From Rhodobacterales bacterium (GTDB lineage Bacteria; Pseudomonadota; Alphaproteobacteria; Rhodobacterales; Rhodobacteraceae), in NCBI GenBank assembly GCA_041752495.1, contig JBGSWJ010000523.1, positions 38 to 64,037 of the forward strand: 64,000 nt of DNA. Direction: 5' to 3'. Under the pieces are notes generated by a model. That model was not told the DNA's origin. It searched no databases and worked only from the letters and a program-made list of their open reading frames with translations. Position 1 is the first letter of the stretch. Every line of letters starts with the position of its first letter. A program made the translations under genes and the position numbers. Positions 21,667 through 31,557 of the stretch are shown piece after piece.

Positions 21667-22941
21667 TTACGAGTTCATCGAGTCAAAGAAGTCCGAGTTT
21701 GTCTTCGTCTGCTTGAGCTTCGAGATGAGGAATTCGATCGCGTCATTCGTTCCCATCGGGTTCAGGATACGGCGCAGGACATAGGTCTTTTGCAGATCGA
21801 TCTTGTCAACCAAAAGCTCTTCTTTCCGCGTTCCGGACTTGAGAATATCCATGGCCGGGAAAACACGCTTGTCGGCGACCTTGCGGTCAAGCACGATTTC
21901 GCTGTTGCCGGTGCCCTTGAATTCCTCAAAAATAACCTCATCCATACGGCTGCCTGTATCGATCAGCGCCGTGGCAATGATGGTCAGCGATCCGCCTTCC
22001 TCGATGTTCCGCGCCGCACCAAAGAACCGCTTTGGTCGCTGGAGCGCGTTGGCGTCCACACCACCGGTCAGCACCTTGCCGCTGGACGGGACGACGGTGT
22101 TGAAAGCGCGGCCAAGGCGCGTGATCGAGTCAAGCAGGATCACGACATCGCGTTTGTGCTCTACCAGGCGCTTGGCCTTTTCGATGACCATTTCCGAAAC
22201 GGCCACGTGGCGGGATGCGGGCTCGTCAAAGGTCGAGGATACGACCTCGCCCTTCACCGACCGCTGCATGTCTGTCACTTCCTCGGGCCGTTCGTCGATC
22301 AGCAACACGATCAGGTAACATTCCGGGTGATTGTGCGCGATAGAGTTTGCGATGTTCTGCAACAGCACGGTCTTCCCCGTGCGCGGCGGGGCGACGATCA
22401 GGGATCGTTGCCCTTTGCCGATCGGGGAAATCAGGTCGATGATGCGTGCAGAGCGGTCCTTGATCGTCGGATCGTCCTCAATCTCCATCTTCAGCCGTTC
22501 ATCGGGGTAGAGCGGCGTCAGGTTTTCGAAGGCAACCTTGTGACGGGCCTTCTCGGGGTCTTCGAAATTGATCCGCTCAACGCTGATGAGCGCAAAGTAA
22601 CGTTCGTTGTCGTTCGGCTCCTGAATGACGCCTTCGACCGTGTCGCCCGTACGCAGCGAATACTGGCGGATCATTTCGGGGCTGACATAAATGTCGTCGG
22701 GACCGGGAAGATAGTTCGCTTCCGGGGAACGCAGGAAACCAAAGCCATCCTGGAGTACCTCAAGAACGCCGTCGCCGCCGATGATCCACTCCTCATCGGC
22801 GCGTTCCTTGAGGATGGAGAACATCATGTCCCCCTTCCGCATGGTGGACGCGTTCTCGATCTCGAGTTCTTCGGCCATCGCCAACAGGTCTTTGGGGCTC
22901 TTTGCCTTGAGCTCGGCAAGGTTCAGACGGTCTTGGGTCAT
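21667..22941 (-). CDS. rho: Transcription termination factor Rho
   Basis: Start [12 protein letters not shown] (ATG 22941); Walker A PPRTGKT. Confidence 0.96.
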   Translation of the reverse strand: MTQDRLNLAELKAKSPKDLLAMAEELEIENASTMRKGDMMFSILKERADEEWIIGGDGVLEVLQDGFGFLRSPEANYLPGPDDIYVSPEMIRQYSLRTGDTVEGVIQEPNDNERYFALISVERINFEDPEKARHKVAFENLTPLYPDERLKMEIEDDPTIKDRSARIIDLISPIGKGQRSLIVAPPRTGKTVLLQNIANSIAHNHPECYLIVLLIDERPEEVTDMQRSVKGEVVSSTFDEPASRHVAVSEMVIEKAKRLVEHKRDVVILLDSITRLGRAFNTVVPSSGKVLTGGVDANALQRPKRFFGAARNIEEGGSLTIIATALIDTGSRMDEVIFEEFKGTGNSEIVLDRKVADKRVFPAMDILKSGTRKEELLVDKIDLQKTYVLRRILNPMGTNDAIEFLISKLKQTKTNSDFFDSMNS

Positions 22942-23060
22942 AGGTAATCCTGATGAAGCCCGGTCAGGGCTTGCTTTGCAGTACGCAGGGGAGATGCGCA
23001 TCCCGGACGGGAAGGCAGGGGCGAGTTAGCCTGCTTTCGTGTTCAAGTCAATCTGCGGCC

Positions 23061-23510
23061 CTAGAACGGGCGGACGATGACCATAACGACGATGACAAGC
23101 ATGAGAACGGTCGGCACTTCGTTCGCCATCCGGTAGCTGCGTCCGGAACGCGTGTTCGTGCCATTCACGAAGTCCTTGCGCCGCGCGGCCAGCCAGCCGT
23201 GCATCCCGGTCATCCCAAGAACCGCCACAAGCTTGACCCAGGACCAGCCGGTCGACCAGTCAAACATACCCATGCCGATCAGGATCAGCCCAAAGACCCA
23301 GGTCGCAATCATCGCAGGATTCATGATGAGCTTCAAAAGCTTGCGCTCCATGACCTGAAACGTCCGATCGAGTTCGGAGCCGGCCGGTGCCTGTTCTGCG
23401 TGATAGACAAAGAGGCGCGGCAGATAGAACATCCCGGCCATCCATGAGATGACCGAGACAACATGACCGGCAAGCAGCCATGGGTAGATCGGCATTAGGA
23501 TCGACGTCAT
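23061..23510 (-). CDS. hemJ: Protoporphyrinogen IX oxidase HemJ family membrane protein
   Basis: 149 aa; WMAGMFYLPRLFVYHAE signature of the HemJ/UPF0093 family. Confidence 0.8.
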   Translation of the reverse strand: MTSILMPIYPWLLAGHVVSVISWMAGMFYLPRLFVYHAEQAPAGSELDRTFQVMERKLLKLIMNPAMIATWVFGLILIGMGMFDWSTGWSWVKLVAVLGMTGMHGWLAARRKDFVNGTNTRSGRSYRMANEVPTVLMLVIVVMVIVRPF

Positions 23511-23540
23511 TGTTCTATGCTCCCCGCTCCGCTCTCCCTC

Positions 23541-23580
23541 TTAATGAAAAGTAAATGAAAGAAAAGATGATGATGATTTA
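23541..23580. other. AT-rich candidate DNA-unwinding element
   Basis: ttaatgaaaagtaaatgaaagaaaagatgatgatgattta has 8 G/C in 40 nt by hand count. It contains internal AATGAAA(A)G and GAT repeats. Confidence 0.5.
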
Positions 23581-23621
23581 GGGGCTCTGGATAAGTCTTG
23601 GATTCCTGACTGTCCCCTGGG

Positions 23622-23639
23622 TTTTCCACATGTGGAGAA
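23622..23639. promoter_or_regulatory. Back-to-back inverted pair of DnaA-box-like sites
   Basis: TTTTCCACA|TGTGGAGAA; each half matches TTATCCACA at 8/9 positions. Confidence 0.6.
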
Positions 23640-23914
23640 GATGGGAACAACTCTGTGGAAAAGGCCATATTCACCGTAAAGTATTGATAAAAATCACATA
23701 AATAGTGAATCTATCGTAAAGATCACGGCTGTTTGTGTCTTGACTCCGTTGACCTGCCAGATTCCCTCACAGGGTGGACTTATCCTTCTCCACGGTGGAA
23801 AATATGGGCCTTGCAAGCTCCTTTCTGCCCCTGTTTTCCACGGTAACAGTCGGCAAGACTGTATGCTAAGGCTTCACGGCCCGATCCGGCCGTGTTTTCA
23901 GCAGACTTATCCCC

Positions 23915-24514
23915 ATGCCCGAACAGATCATCCTTGCCTCTGGTTCACCGATCCGCGCCACGCTCCTCCGGAATGCGGGGGTCGCATTTGATGTTGTGCA
24001 GGCCCGCGTTGATGAGGCCGGGATGCGCGATTCCCTGCTGGCGGAGAACGCGACGCCCCGCGACGTTGCCGACGCACTGGCGGAACTGAAGTCGCTGCGG
24101 GTCTCGGCGCGGCACAGGCAGGCGATAGTGATCGGATGCGATCAGGTGCTTGCCCTGGGGGACCGGCTGTTTTCAAAGGCGGAAACTGTGGACGAGGCCC
24201 GTGAGCAGATTCTTGCCTTGCGGGGCAGGACGCACAAGCTTCTTTCGGCTGTGGTGATATGTCAGGATGGCGGCCCGGTCTGGCGTCATGTCGGAGAGGT
24301 GCGCCTGACGATGAGGGCGTTTTCGGATGCCTGGCTCGAGGACTATCTGGGACGGAATTGGGATTCGGTGCGAGAGGCCGTCGGCTGCTACAAGCTTGAG
24401 GAAGAGGGTGTCCGTCTTTTCTCGCGTATCGAAGGCGATTATTTTACGGTTCTGGGGCTGCCTCTTCTTGAACTCTTGTCTTATCTGGCGCTTCGCGGGA
24501 CGATAGCATCATGA
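23915..24514 (+). CDS. maf: Maf-like nucleoside triphosphate pyrophosphatase
   Basis: 199 aa; ILASGSPIR N-terminus. Confidence 0.9.
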   Translation: MPEQIILASGSPIRATLLRNAGVAFDVVQARVDEAGMRDSLLAENATPRDVADALAELKSLRVSARHRQAIVIGCDQVLALGDRLFSKAETVDEAREQILALRGRTHKLLSAVVICQDGGPVWRHVGEVRLTMRAFSDAWLEDYLGRNWDSVREAVGCYKLEEEGVRLFSRIEGDYFTVLGLPLLELLSYLALRGTIAS

Positions 24515-25341
24515 CTGAACATCGCATCCCATTGGCCGGTGTGATCGGCAATCCGATCGCGCATTCCCGCTCTCCGCGGCTGCACAAGCATTGGCTGAAG
24601 CGGTATGGTATCGCGGGCGATTATGTGCCGCTGCATGTGGTGGAAGATGATCTGGAACAGGTCATCCGGACATTGCCCAAGATGGGGTTTGTCGGGGTCA
24701 ACATCACGATCCCGCACAAGGTGGCGGTCATGCAGATCGCCGATCAGGTCAGCGATCGGGCGACGCTGATCGGGGCGGCGAATACGCTGATCTTTCGCAA
24801 GGATGGAAAGATTCACGCCGACAATACGGACGGGTACGGTTTTCTGGCGAACCTTCGCCAGAATTCGGCCTGGGAGGCATCCGCCGGACCGGTTGCGATC
24901 CTGGGCGCCGGTGGTGCAGCGCGGGGCGTGATCGAGGCGCTGCTTGAGGCTGGGGTGACCGAAATCCTTTTGTCCAACCGGACGCGGGACAAGGCGGATG
25001 TTCTGCGGCACGAATTCGGTTCCAAGTTGACCGTTGTCGATTGGGTGCAGGCGGGCAACATCGTTGAGGAGGCGGCTCTGGTGGTGAATACCACGTCGCT
25101 TGGGATGACAGGACATCCGGAATTGCGCGTGCCGTTGGACGGTCTGCATGACGGTCAGGTGGTGACTGATCTTGTTTACAATCCGCTGGAAACCCGGCTC
25201 CTGCGCGAGGCGAGGGCGGCGGGGTGCACCGTTGTGGATGGGCTTGGAATGTTGCTTCATCAGGGCGTGCCGGGGTTTGAGCGTTGGTTCGGTGTCAGGC
25301 CCGAGGTGGATGACGAACTTCGCGCCGCTGTTCTGGGATGA
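24511..25341 (+). CDS. aroE: Shikimate dehydrogenase
   Basis: 276 aa; GVIGNPIAHSRSP..NITIPHK motifs. Confidence 0.93.
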   Translation: MTEHRIPLAGVIGNPIAHSRSPRLHKHWLKRYGIAGDYVPLHVVEDDLEQVIRTLPKMGFVGVNITIPHKVAVMQIADQVSDRATLIGAANTLIFRKDGKIHADNTDGYGFLANLRQNSAWEASAGPVAILGAGGAARGVIEALLEAGVTEILLSNRTRDKADVLRHEFGSKLTVVDWVQAGNIVEEAALVVNTTSLGMTGHPELRVPLDGLHDGQVVTDLVYNPLETRLLREARAAGCTVVDGLGMLLHQGVPGFERWFGVRPEVDDELRAAVLG

Positions 25342-25940
25342 CTTTTGTCCTTGGTCTGACTGGGTCGATCGGGATGGGAAAATCCACGACCGCCGCGATG
25401 TTTGCTGCGCGGGGCGTTCCGGTGTGGGATGCCGATGCGGCGGTGCACCGGATATATGCCCCGGGCGGGCCGGCAGTGGCGTCGATGGGTGCGGTCTTTC
25501 CCGATGCGATCGTTGACGGGGCTGTTGACCGGACAGAGTTGAAGCGGATCATTGCGGTTCATCCGGGGGCGCTCGCACGGATCGAAGCAATTGTTCACCC
25601 GTTGGTGGCTGCCGACAGGGCGGCATTTCTGGCCGCGACCGACGCACCCGTCGCGGTTGTTGACATTCCCCTATTGTTCGAGACAGGTGCGGACGCTTGG
25701 GTCGATGCGACTGTCGTCGTGACCGCGCCCCCGGAGGTTCAGGCGCAGCGTGTCCTTGCGCGGCCGGGGATGACAGAGGCGCAGTTCAGCACTGTCCTGT
25801 CCCGGCAGATGCCGGACGCAGAGAAAAGATCACGCGCAGATTATGTGATCGAGACGACAAGCATTGATGCAGCGGAATCCTCTGTTGACCGCGTTCTGGC
25901 CGACGTCCAGACCCGTATCCGAAATCGCAATTCCGCCTGA
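25338..25940 (+). CDS. coaE: Dephospho-CoA kinase
   Basis: 200 aa; GLTGSIGMGKST P-loop. Confidence 0.93.
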   Translation: MTFVLGLTGSIGMGKSTTAAMFAARGVPVWDADAAVHRIYAPGGPAVASMGAVFPDAIVDGAVDRTELKRIIAVHPGALARIEAIVHPLVAADRAAFLAATDAPVAVVDIPLLFETGADAWVDATVVVTAPPEVQAQRVLARPGMTEAQFSTVLSRQMPDAEKRSRADYVIETTSIDAAESSVDRVLADVQTRIRNRNSA

Positions 25941-25955
25941 TCGAAGGAGATCCCC

Positions 25956-26999
25956 ATGGCCATGGTTCCCGCCCTAGTTCTGGAACGCCAGCATGTTCTG
26001 AACATCCGGGAGATTGACCTGCCGCAGGACGTCGGGCCGGGCATGGTCAGGATTGCGCTGCATGTCGTGGGCGTCTGCGGGTCGGACGTGCATTACTATA
26101 CCCATGGCCGGATCGGGCCTTTTGTTGTCAATGCGCCGATGGTTCTGGGGCACGAAGCGGCGGGCGTTGTGACGGAGGTCGGGGAAGGTGTGACAACACT
26201 GAAGCCCGGTGACAGGGTCTGTATGGAGCCGGGGATTCCCGATCCTTCGTCGCGGGCATCGCGGCTGGGGCTTTATAACGTGGACCCTGCGGTTCAGTTC
26301 TGGGCCACACCGCCGGTGCATGGGGTCCTGACGCCCCATGTCGTGCATCCGGCGAACTTTACGTTCAAGCTTCCCGATAATGTGAGCATGGCAGAGGGGG
26401 CGATGGTAGAGCCCTTTGCCGTGGGGATGCAGGCCGCGTTCAAGGCGGGGATCAGGCCGGGGGATACGGCTGTGGTTCTGGGTGCCGGGCCGATCGGGAC
26501 GATGGTGGCGCTGGCGGCGCTGGCGGGGGGCTGTGCCCGCGTGATCATCGCGGACTTGGCGCAACCCAAACTGGACATCGCGGCGGCCTATCAGGGGATC
26601 ATCCCGGTCAATATCACCAAGGCAAGGATTGCCGATGTGGTGGCCGATCTGACAGAGGGTTGGGGTGCGGATGTTGTGTTTGAATGTTCCGGTGCGACAA
26701 AGGCCTGGGAAGGGATCATGGATCTCCCACGGCCTGGGGGCACCATCGTTGCGGTTGGTTTGCCGATCGGTCCGGTGCCGCTGGACGTGGCTGCCGCCAC
26801 GACCCGCGAGGTTCGAATCGAGACCGTTTTCCGCTATGCGCATCAGTATGACCGGGCCATCGCCCTGATGGCGTCGGGGAAGGTGGACCTGAAGCCGCTG
26901 ATTTCGGCGACATACTCCTTTGAGAATGCTGTGGCCGCCTTTGACCGTGCCGTGGAAGCCCGCCCGACGGACGTGAAGATCCAGATCAGCATGGGCTGA
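25956..26999 (+). CDS. Zn-dependent medium-chain polyol dehydrogenase (sorbitol/xylitol/idonate dehydrogenase-like)
   Basis: 347 aa; [16 protein letters not shown] and GAGPIG motifs. Confidence 0.85.
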   Translation: MAMVPALVLERQHVLNIREIDLPQDVGPGMVRIALHVVGVCGSDVHYYTHGRIGPFVVNAPMVLGHEAAGVVTEVGEGVTTLKPGDRVCMEPGIPDPSSRASRLGLYNVDPAVQFWATPPVHGVLTPHVVHPANFTFKLPDNVSMAEGAMVEPFAVGMQAAFKAGIRPGDTAVVLGAGPIGTMVALAALAGGCARVIIADLAQPKLDIAAAYQGIIPVNITKARIADVVADLTEGWGADVVFECSGATKAWEGIMDLPRPGGTIVAVGLPIGPVPLDVAAATTREVRIETVFRYAHQYDRAIALMASGKVDLKPLISATYSFENAVAAFDRAVEARPTDVKIQISMG

Positions 27000-27094
27000 A
27001 ACCAGTTCCTTTTGTCGCAACTGACATGTCAGGCTTGGCACAAGTTGTTCAGGCGGATTAGACTCGGGCCATGGCGGTCCGGGGAGGAACTGAA

Positions 27095-28207
27095 ATGACA
27101 ACAACGACGTTTGTAAAACGCGACTACAGCCTTGTGGGCGAAGACAGCCGGAAGGCTGTCGAACTCGGGCTGGCATCGGCGGAGTGGTATCATTCAGAGA
27201 TTCCCCGCAAGGTGATGAAGGAACTGATGCAGCGGTCTGACCAGCCGGCGATCCGGGACACGATCCTGTGGTTCGCGCTGCTTTTCGGCTCGGCTGCTGG
27301 CGGCATCTATTTCTGGGGGTCGTGGGCCTGTGTGCCGTTCTTCTTTGTCTACGGTGTGATCTATGGATCCTCCTGCGATTCACGCTGGCATGAATGCGGC
27401 CATGGGACCGCCTTCCGAACCGGCTGGATGAACGACGTGATCTATAACATCGCGAGCTTTATGGTCATCCGGAACCCTGTCAGCTGGCGGTGGAGCCATG
27501 CCCGGCATCACACGGACACCTATATCGTCGGCCGTGATGCCGAGATTGCATGGATGCGGCCGCCGGCGCTGGTGCGCAATTTCCTTGCCTTCTTTGACGT
27601 CTGGGGATCGATCAATTCGTTCAAGATCATTGCCCGGAACGCGATGGGCAATCTTTCGGCGGACGAAAAGAACTACATCCCGGAAAGTGAGTGGCCCAAG
27701 GCGATCATGGCGGCGCGGATCCATATGGCGATCTATGGCCTGACGGTTCTGACGGCGCTTTACATGTGGTCGTTCCTGCCCCTCATGCTGATCGGCCTGC
27801 CCCGCATTTATGGGTCGTGGCACATGGTGATGTGCGGCCATTTGCAGCATGCGGGTCTTGCCGACAATGTGCTGGACCACCGGCTGAACAGCCGGACAGT
27901 TTATATGAACCCGATCAGCCGGTATATTTATTGGAACATGAACTACCATGTCGAACATCACATGTTCCCGATGGTCCCCTATCACGCCCTGCCCAAGCTG
28001 CATGAACTGATCAAGGATGATCTGCCGATCCCGAATTCCTCGATCCTGGACGGCTACCGCGAGGTCCTTGCCTCGCTTCGGCGGCAAAAGACGGACCCCG
28101 GATATTACTTCCGCAGGCCGCTGCCGCCGACGGCAAAGCCGTTCCGCGAAGACCTGCACACCGAGATCCCTGAACGCCTGACCCAAACCGCGAGGACGCA
28201 AGCATGA
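27095..28207 (+). CDS. Membrane fatty-acid-desaturase-family di-iron enzyme
   Basis: Histidine boxes HECGH, HARHH and HVEHH. ATG 27095 is preferred (GGAGGA 7 nt upstream) over the track start 27071. Confidence 0.8.
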   Translation: MTTTTFVKRDYSLVGEDSRKAVELGLASAEWYHSEIPRKVMKELMQRSDQPAIRDTILWFALLFGSAAGGIYFWGSWACVPFFFVYGVIYGSSCDSRWHECGHGTAFRTGWMNDVIYNIASFMVIRNPVSWRWSHARHHTDTYIVGRDAEIAWMRPPALVRNFLAFFDVWGSINSFKIIARNAMGNLSADEKNYIPESEWPKAIMAARIHMAIYGLTVLTALYMWSFLPLMLIGLPRIYGSWHMVMCGHLQHAGLADNVLDHRLNSRTVYMNPISRYIYWNMNYHVEHHMFPMVPYHALPKLHELIKDDLPIPNSSILDGYREVLASLRRQKTDPGYYFRRPLPPTAKPFREDLHTEIPERLTQTARTQA

Positions 28208-29004
28208 CCCGGAAGAAGCCAACCGTCGCCGATCTGAAGGCGCATAAGGGCAAGGGGCAGTTGCTCATGCTGCGGATCACAACGCTGGATGAAGCGGCGG
28301 CGGCTGAGGAGGCGGGGATCGACATTGTGTCGCTGCCGCCCGAACTTGTGACCCATCCTCGGTATCGCGAGGTTGCGCCGACGCTCTTTTCGATGACGGG
28401 GATGACCCATCTCGAGGCGGGGACGAAGGAGGAATATCTGCGGTTCTGCGGCAATATGCTGTGGAAGGGTGCAGATGCGGTCTATTGCAGCGGCAGTCTT
28501 GATACGGTCGCTTTCCTCGCGAACGAGCATATTCCTGTGGTCGGGCATGTTGGGCTTGTCCCGTCGCGCGCCACGTGGACCGGCGGGTTCAAGGCTGTGG
28601 GCAAGACGGCAGACAGCGCCCTGGCGCTTTATGACGAATGTCAGGCCTATCAGGATGCAGGTGCCTTTGCCGTCGAGATCGAGGTTGTGCCGGTTGAGGT
28701 TGCAACCGCGATCAGCGCGCGGCTTGATTTGCTGCTGTGGTCGATGGGGGCGGGGCCGGGCTGTGATGCGCAGTACCTGTTTGCCGAGGATATTCTGGGC
28801 ACGAACAGGGGCCACATGCCGCGCCATTCCAAAGTCTATCGCAACTTTGCCGCCGAGTTCGACCGCCTTCAGGCAGAGCGGGTGGCCGCGTTCAAGGAAT
28901 TCGCGGCCGATGTGCAAAGCGGCGCCTATCCCGAAGACAAGCATGTCGTAAAGATGGAGCCTGCTGAGCTTGACGCGTTCAAGGCTGCGTTGGCCAAGGG
29001 ATGA
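28204..29004 (+). CDS. Divergent PanB-like (ketopantoate hydroxymethyltransferase family) protein
   Basis: 266 aa. IPVVGHVGLVPS..GGFKAVGK and IEVVPVEVA..MGAGPGCDAQ resemble PanB. The N-terminal VGDSLG region is not recognisable. ATGA overlap with the desaturase gene. Confidence 0.55.
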   Translation: MTRKKPTVADLKAHKGKGQLLMLRITTLDEAAAAEEAGIDIVSLPPELVTHPRYREVAPTLFSMTGMTHLEAGTKEEYLRFCGNMLWKGADAVYCSGSLDTVAFLANEHIPVVGHVGLVPSRATWTGGFKAVGKTADSALALYDECQAYQDAGAFAVEIEVVPVEVATAISARLDLLLWSMGAGPGCDAQYLFAEDILGTNRGHMPRHSKVYRNFAAEFDRLQAERVAAFKEFAADVQSGAYPEDKHVVKMEPAELDAFKAALAKG

Positions 29005-29705
29005 AAGCCGGACTGAGGGAAATCGTCCTGGATACCGAGACGACGGGCTTTGAGCCGTCGGAAGGGCACAGGATTGTCGAAATCGGTGCCGTGGAGTTGT
29101 TCAACCACGTGCCGACGGGGCGGACCTATCACCAGTACATCAACCCGCAGCGTTCGATGCCAGAGGACGCGTTCAAGGTTCACGGGCTGGGAGATGATTT
29201 CCTGCGGGACAAGCCCGTCTTTGCCGAGGTGGCAGAGGCCTTTGTGGCCTTTATCGGTGACGCGCAACTGGTGATCCATAACGCTGCGTTCGACATGAAG
29301 TTCCTGAATGCCGAGCTTGGCTGGGTCAACCGGCCCCTGATCCCGACCGAGCGGGCGGTTGACACGCTTGCCATCGCGCGCCGGAGGTTTCCCGGGGCGC
29401 AGGCTTCGCTGGATGCACTTTGCCGCAGGCTCGGGATTGATAACTCGGCCCGGGCGCTGCACGGCGCGCTTCTGGACAGCGAGATCCTGGCCGAGGTCTA
29501 TCTGGAACTTATCGGGGGGCGGCAGCCGGACTTCATGCTGTCGGCCGCCAAGGCAAAGGACGTGGAGATCGCGGTTGACGGCGAATGGCGGCCGCGCCCC
29601 CGGCCTGTACTGCTGCCGTCGCGGCTGACCGAGGAGGAGGCCGCCGCCCATGCGGCCTTTGTGGCGGGGCTGGGCGGCGACGTTCTTTGGTCGAAGCTGG
29701 ATTAG
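29001..29705 (+). CDS. dnaQ: DNA polymerase III epsilon subunit (3'-5' exonuclease)
   Basis: 234 aa; Exo I VLDTETTG; Exo III HGALLDSEILAEVY. Confidence 0.93.
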   Translation: MKAGLREIVLDTETTGFEPSEGHRIVEIGAVELFNHVPTGRTYHQYINPQRSMPEDAFKVHGLGDDFLRDKPVFAEVAEAFVAFIGDAQLVIHNAAFDMKFLNAELGWVNRPLIPTERAVDTLAIARRRFPGAQASLDALCRRLGIDNSARALHGALLDSEILAEVYLELIGGRQPDFMLSAAKAKDVEIAVDGEWRPRPRPVLLPSRLTEEEAAAHAAFVAGLGGDVLWSKLD

Positions 29706-30223
29706 GAGTTGAGTTTGGGCGCTGCGGCGGAAGCCGCCTGCGCCTGAACCCGGCGGGCGAGTTCGTTGCGGTAGAGCGCGAGGAAATCGATCATCTCGAG
29801 GTTCAGCGGCAGGAAGCCGCCGTCACGGGTGATGTCGCTGACGATGCGGCGCAGGAACGGGAAGGTGATGCGAGGGCATTCGATCAGAAGATAGGGGTGC
29901 ATCTGTTCTTCGGGGACGCCTTCGATGAAGAAGACACCGGCATATTCGATTTCCAGCAGAAAAAGCGTTTCGCCCGAAGACTTTGCTTTTGAGGTGATGC
30001 TGAGCTTGGTGATGACTTCGTACTGGTTTTCGCCACCACGTTTGCGGCCGTCTAGGTTCACCTGAACCACGGTTTCCGGCTGAAGATCCCCGGCCAGACC
30101 CTTTTGCGCGAGGAAGTTTTCGAACGACATATCGCGGATGTATTGAGCGAGAACGCGCTGGGTGACCTTTGGCGCGGCGGGCGGGGCGCCATTGGTGGGG
30201 GGCGTGGCGGGGGTATCGACCAT
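29702..30223 (-). CDS. secB: Protein-export chaperone SecB
   Basis: 173 aa; typical SecB core (YIRDMSFENF.. ..LLIECPRITFPFLRRIV). Confidence 0.93.
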   Translation of the reverse strand: MVDTPATPPTNGAPPAAPKVTQRVLAQYIRDMSFENFLAQKGLAGDLQPETVVQVNLDGRKRGGENQYEVITKLSITSKAKSSGETLFLLEIEYAGVFFIEGVPEEQMHPYLLIECPRITFPFLRRIVSDITRDGGFLPLNLEMIDFLALYRNELARRVQAQAASAAAPKLNS

Positions 30224-30297
30224 GATGGCAAGGCTCCGGAATGTGAAGGCGTTGGTGCCCCCTTATCAGCCCGGGGGCCCGCGCTCAATGGCTGGCT

Positions 30298-30786
30298 TCA
30301 GTGTTGGGTCCAGCCGGAGGGGTTGTGCGTCGGGCGCTTGGGCGGGCTGATCTCTTCGAACTCGCCATCGATGACGCGGTCCTGCGGACCAGCCGGACGA
30401 GCCGTGCCGTTGATCGTGACGCCCATGACCATGCCTTGCGCCTTGGCCCTGCGGCGGAGCGCCGCAAAGGCGGCCTTCTGGACGTAGGGGACGAGAAGGG
30501 CGATGGCGACCGCATCGGTCAGGAAACCGGGGATGATCAGAAGCATCCCGGCCAGAACCGTCATGGCGCCGCGCACGATGCTTTCTGATGGGTCAGCGTC
30601 GGCTAGAACGCCTTCGCGCAGGCTTGCCATGGCATTCTGGCCCTGCCGCTTGATCAGGGCGACACCAACGATGCCTGACAGGATGACCAGCAGAACAGTC
30701 CTGAGAACGCCGATCCATCCCCCGATGAGGATGAAGAGCGCGATCTCGACCACCGGGATCGACAGAAACGCAACGATGAACCACAT
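30298..30786 (-). CDS. fxsA: FxsA family membrane protein
   Basis: Start MWFIVAFLSIPVVEIALFILIGG (ATG 30786). The upstream part of the 441 aa track ORF looks spurious. Confidence 0.8.
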   Translation of the reverse strand: MWFIVAFLSIPVVEIALFILIGGWIGVLRTVLLVILSGIVGVALIKRQGQNAMASLREGVLADADPSESIVRGAMTVLAGMLLIIPGFLTDAVAIALLVPYVQKAAFAALRRRAKAQGMVMGVTINGTARPAGPQDRVIDGEFEEISPPKRPTHNPSGWTQH

Positions 30787-30894
30787 GACGTGATTGTCCC
30801 TTCCTTTTGGGCAAAGGTGGACTTGACCCCACCGGACGCTTACATAAGTGCGGTAACAACGCGATGCTATGCCCTGACCTGAAAAGAGGACCGA

Positions 30895-31557
30895 ATGAAT
30901 TCTTCGATCATCCAGCTGCTGGTTCTTGCCGGGATCGCGATCTTTCTGATCCTGAGGCTTCGGTCTGTTCTGGGCACCCGCGAGGGGTTTGAAAAACCTG
31001 CCATCACGACGGCACCCGAGGCGAAGAAGCCGAAGCGTCCCGAGCTTGAGGTGATCGAAGGCGGGCCGGACCGGGATATCACGGATCATGTGCCCGAGGG
31101 GACCGAAGCGGCACGCGCCCTTGCCGCGATGAAGGGCGTGGACAATGCGTTCAACGTGCGGGAATTCCTGCAGGGCGCGCGCGGCGCCTATGAGATGATC
31201 CTTATGGCGTTCGAGCGGGGCGATCTTCCGTCGGTCAAGCCGTTCATTGCCCCCGAAGTCTATGACGCGATGATGGGCGTTATCGCCGAGCGTGAGAAGA
31301 ACGGGCTTAGCGTTGAGGCGACGTTTGTCGGGATCAGCGATCTTGCGCTGAAGGACGCGAGTTTTGACCGGCAGAGCCGCGAAGCTGAGGTTTCGGTCCG
31401 GTTTGTGGGTGAGCTGACCGAGGTGGTCAAGAATACTGCGGGCGAAGTGGTGAGCGGCAGCGCGAACACCATCAAGAAGCAGAAGGACGTCTGGACCTTT
31501 GCCCGCACGATGGGCAGCGCCGACCCGAACTGGATTCTGGTCGCAACAAGCGAATGA
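30895..31557 (+). CDS. Tim44-like domain protein
   Basis: 220 aa; N-terminal TM helix followed by a Tim44-like C-terminal domain. Confidence 0.75.
   Translation: MNSSIIQLLVLAGIAIFLILRLRSVLGTREGFEKPAITTAPEAKKPKRPELEVIEGGPDRDITDHVPEGTEAARALAAMKGVDNAFNVREFLQGARGAYEMILMAFERGDLPSVKPFIAPEVYDAMMGVIAEREKNGLSVEATFVGISDLALKDASFDRQSREAEVSVRFVGELTEVVKNTAGEVVSGSANTIKKQKDVWTFARTMGSADPNWILVATSE

Larger units (their letters stand above)
23511..23914. other. oriC: Probable chromosomal replication origin (oriC)
   Basis: 404-bp non-coding gap in the parAB-gid-mnmE-rho-hemJ | maf-aroE-coaE-dnaQ neighbourhood. DnaA-box-like 9-mers versus TTATCCACA: 23586-94(-) TTATCCAGA, 23622-30(+) TTTTCCACA, 23631-39(-) TTCTCCACA, 23654-62(-) TTTTCCACA, 23786-94(+) TTCTCCACG, 23794-802(-) TTTTCCACC, 23834-42(+) TTTTCCACG, 23907-15(+) TTATCCCCA. 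AT-rich tracts are also present. Confidence 0.7.

Noticed and set aside
23541..23555. CtrA-like site TTAA-N7-TAAA inside the putative origin
   Set aside because: It is only a partial match, in a region so AT-rich that chance occurrence is likely.
25974..28222. Long minus-strand ORFs (25974-27383, 469 aa; 27380-28222, 280 aa) opposite the dehydrogenase and desaturase genes
   Set aside because: Their compositionally biased R/P/H-rich sequences have no recognisable motifs, and they lie antisense to well-supported genes.
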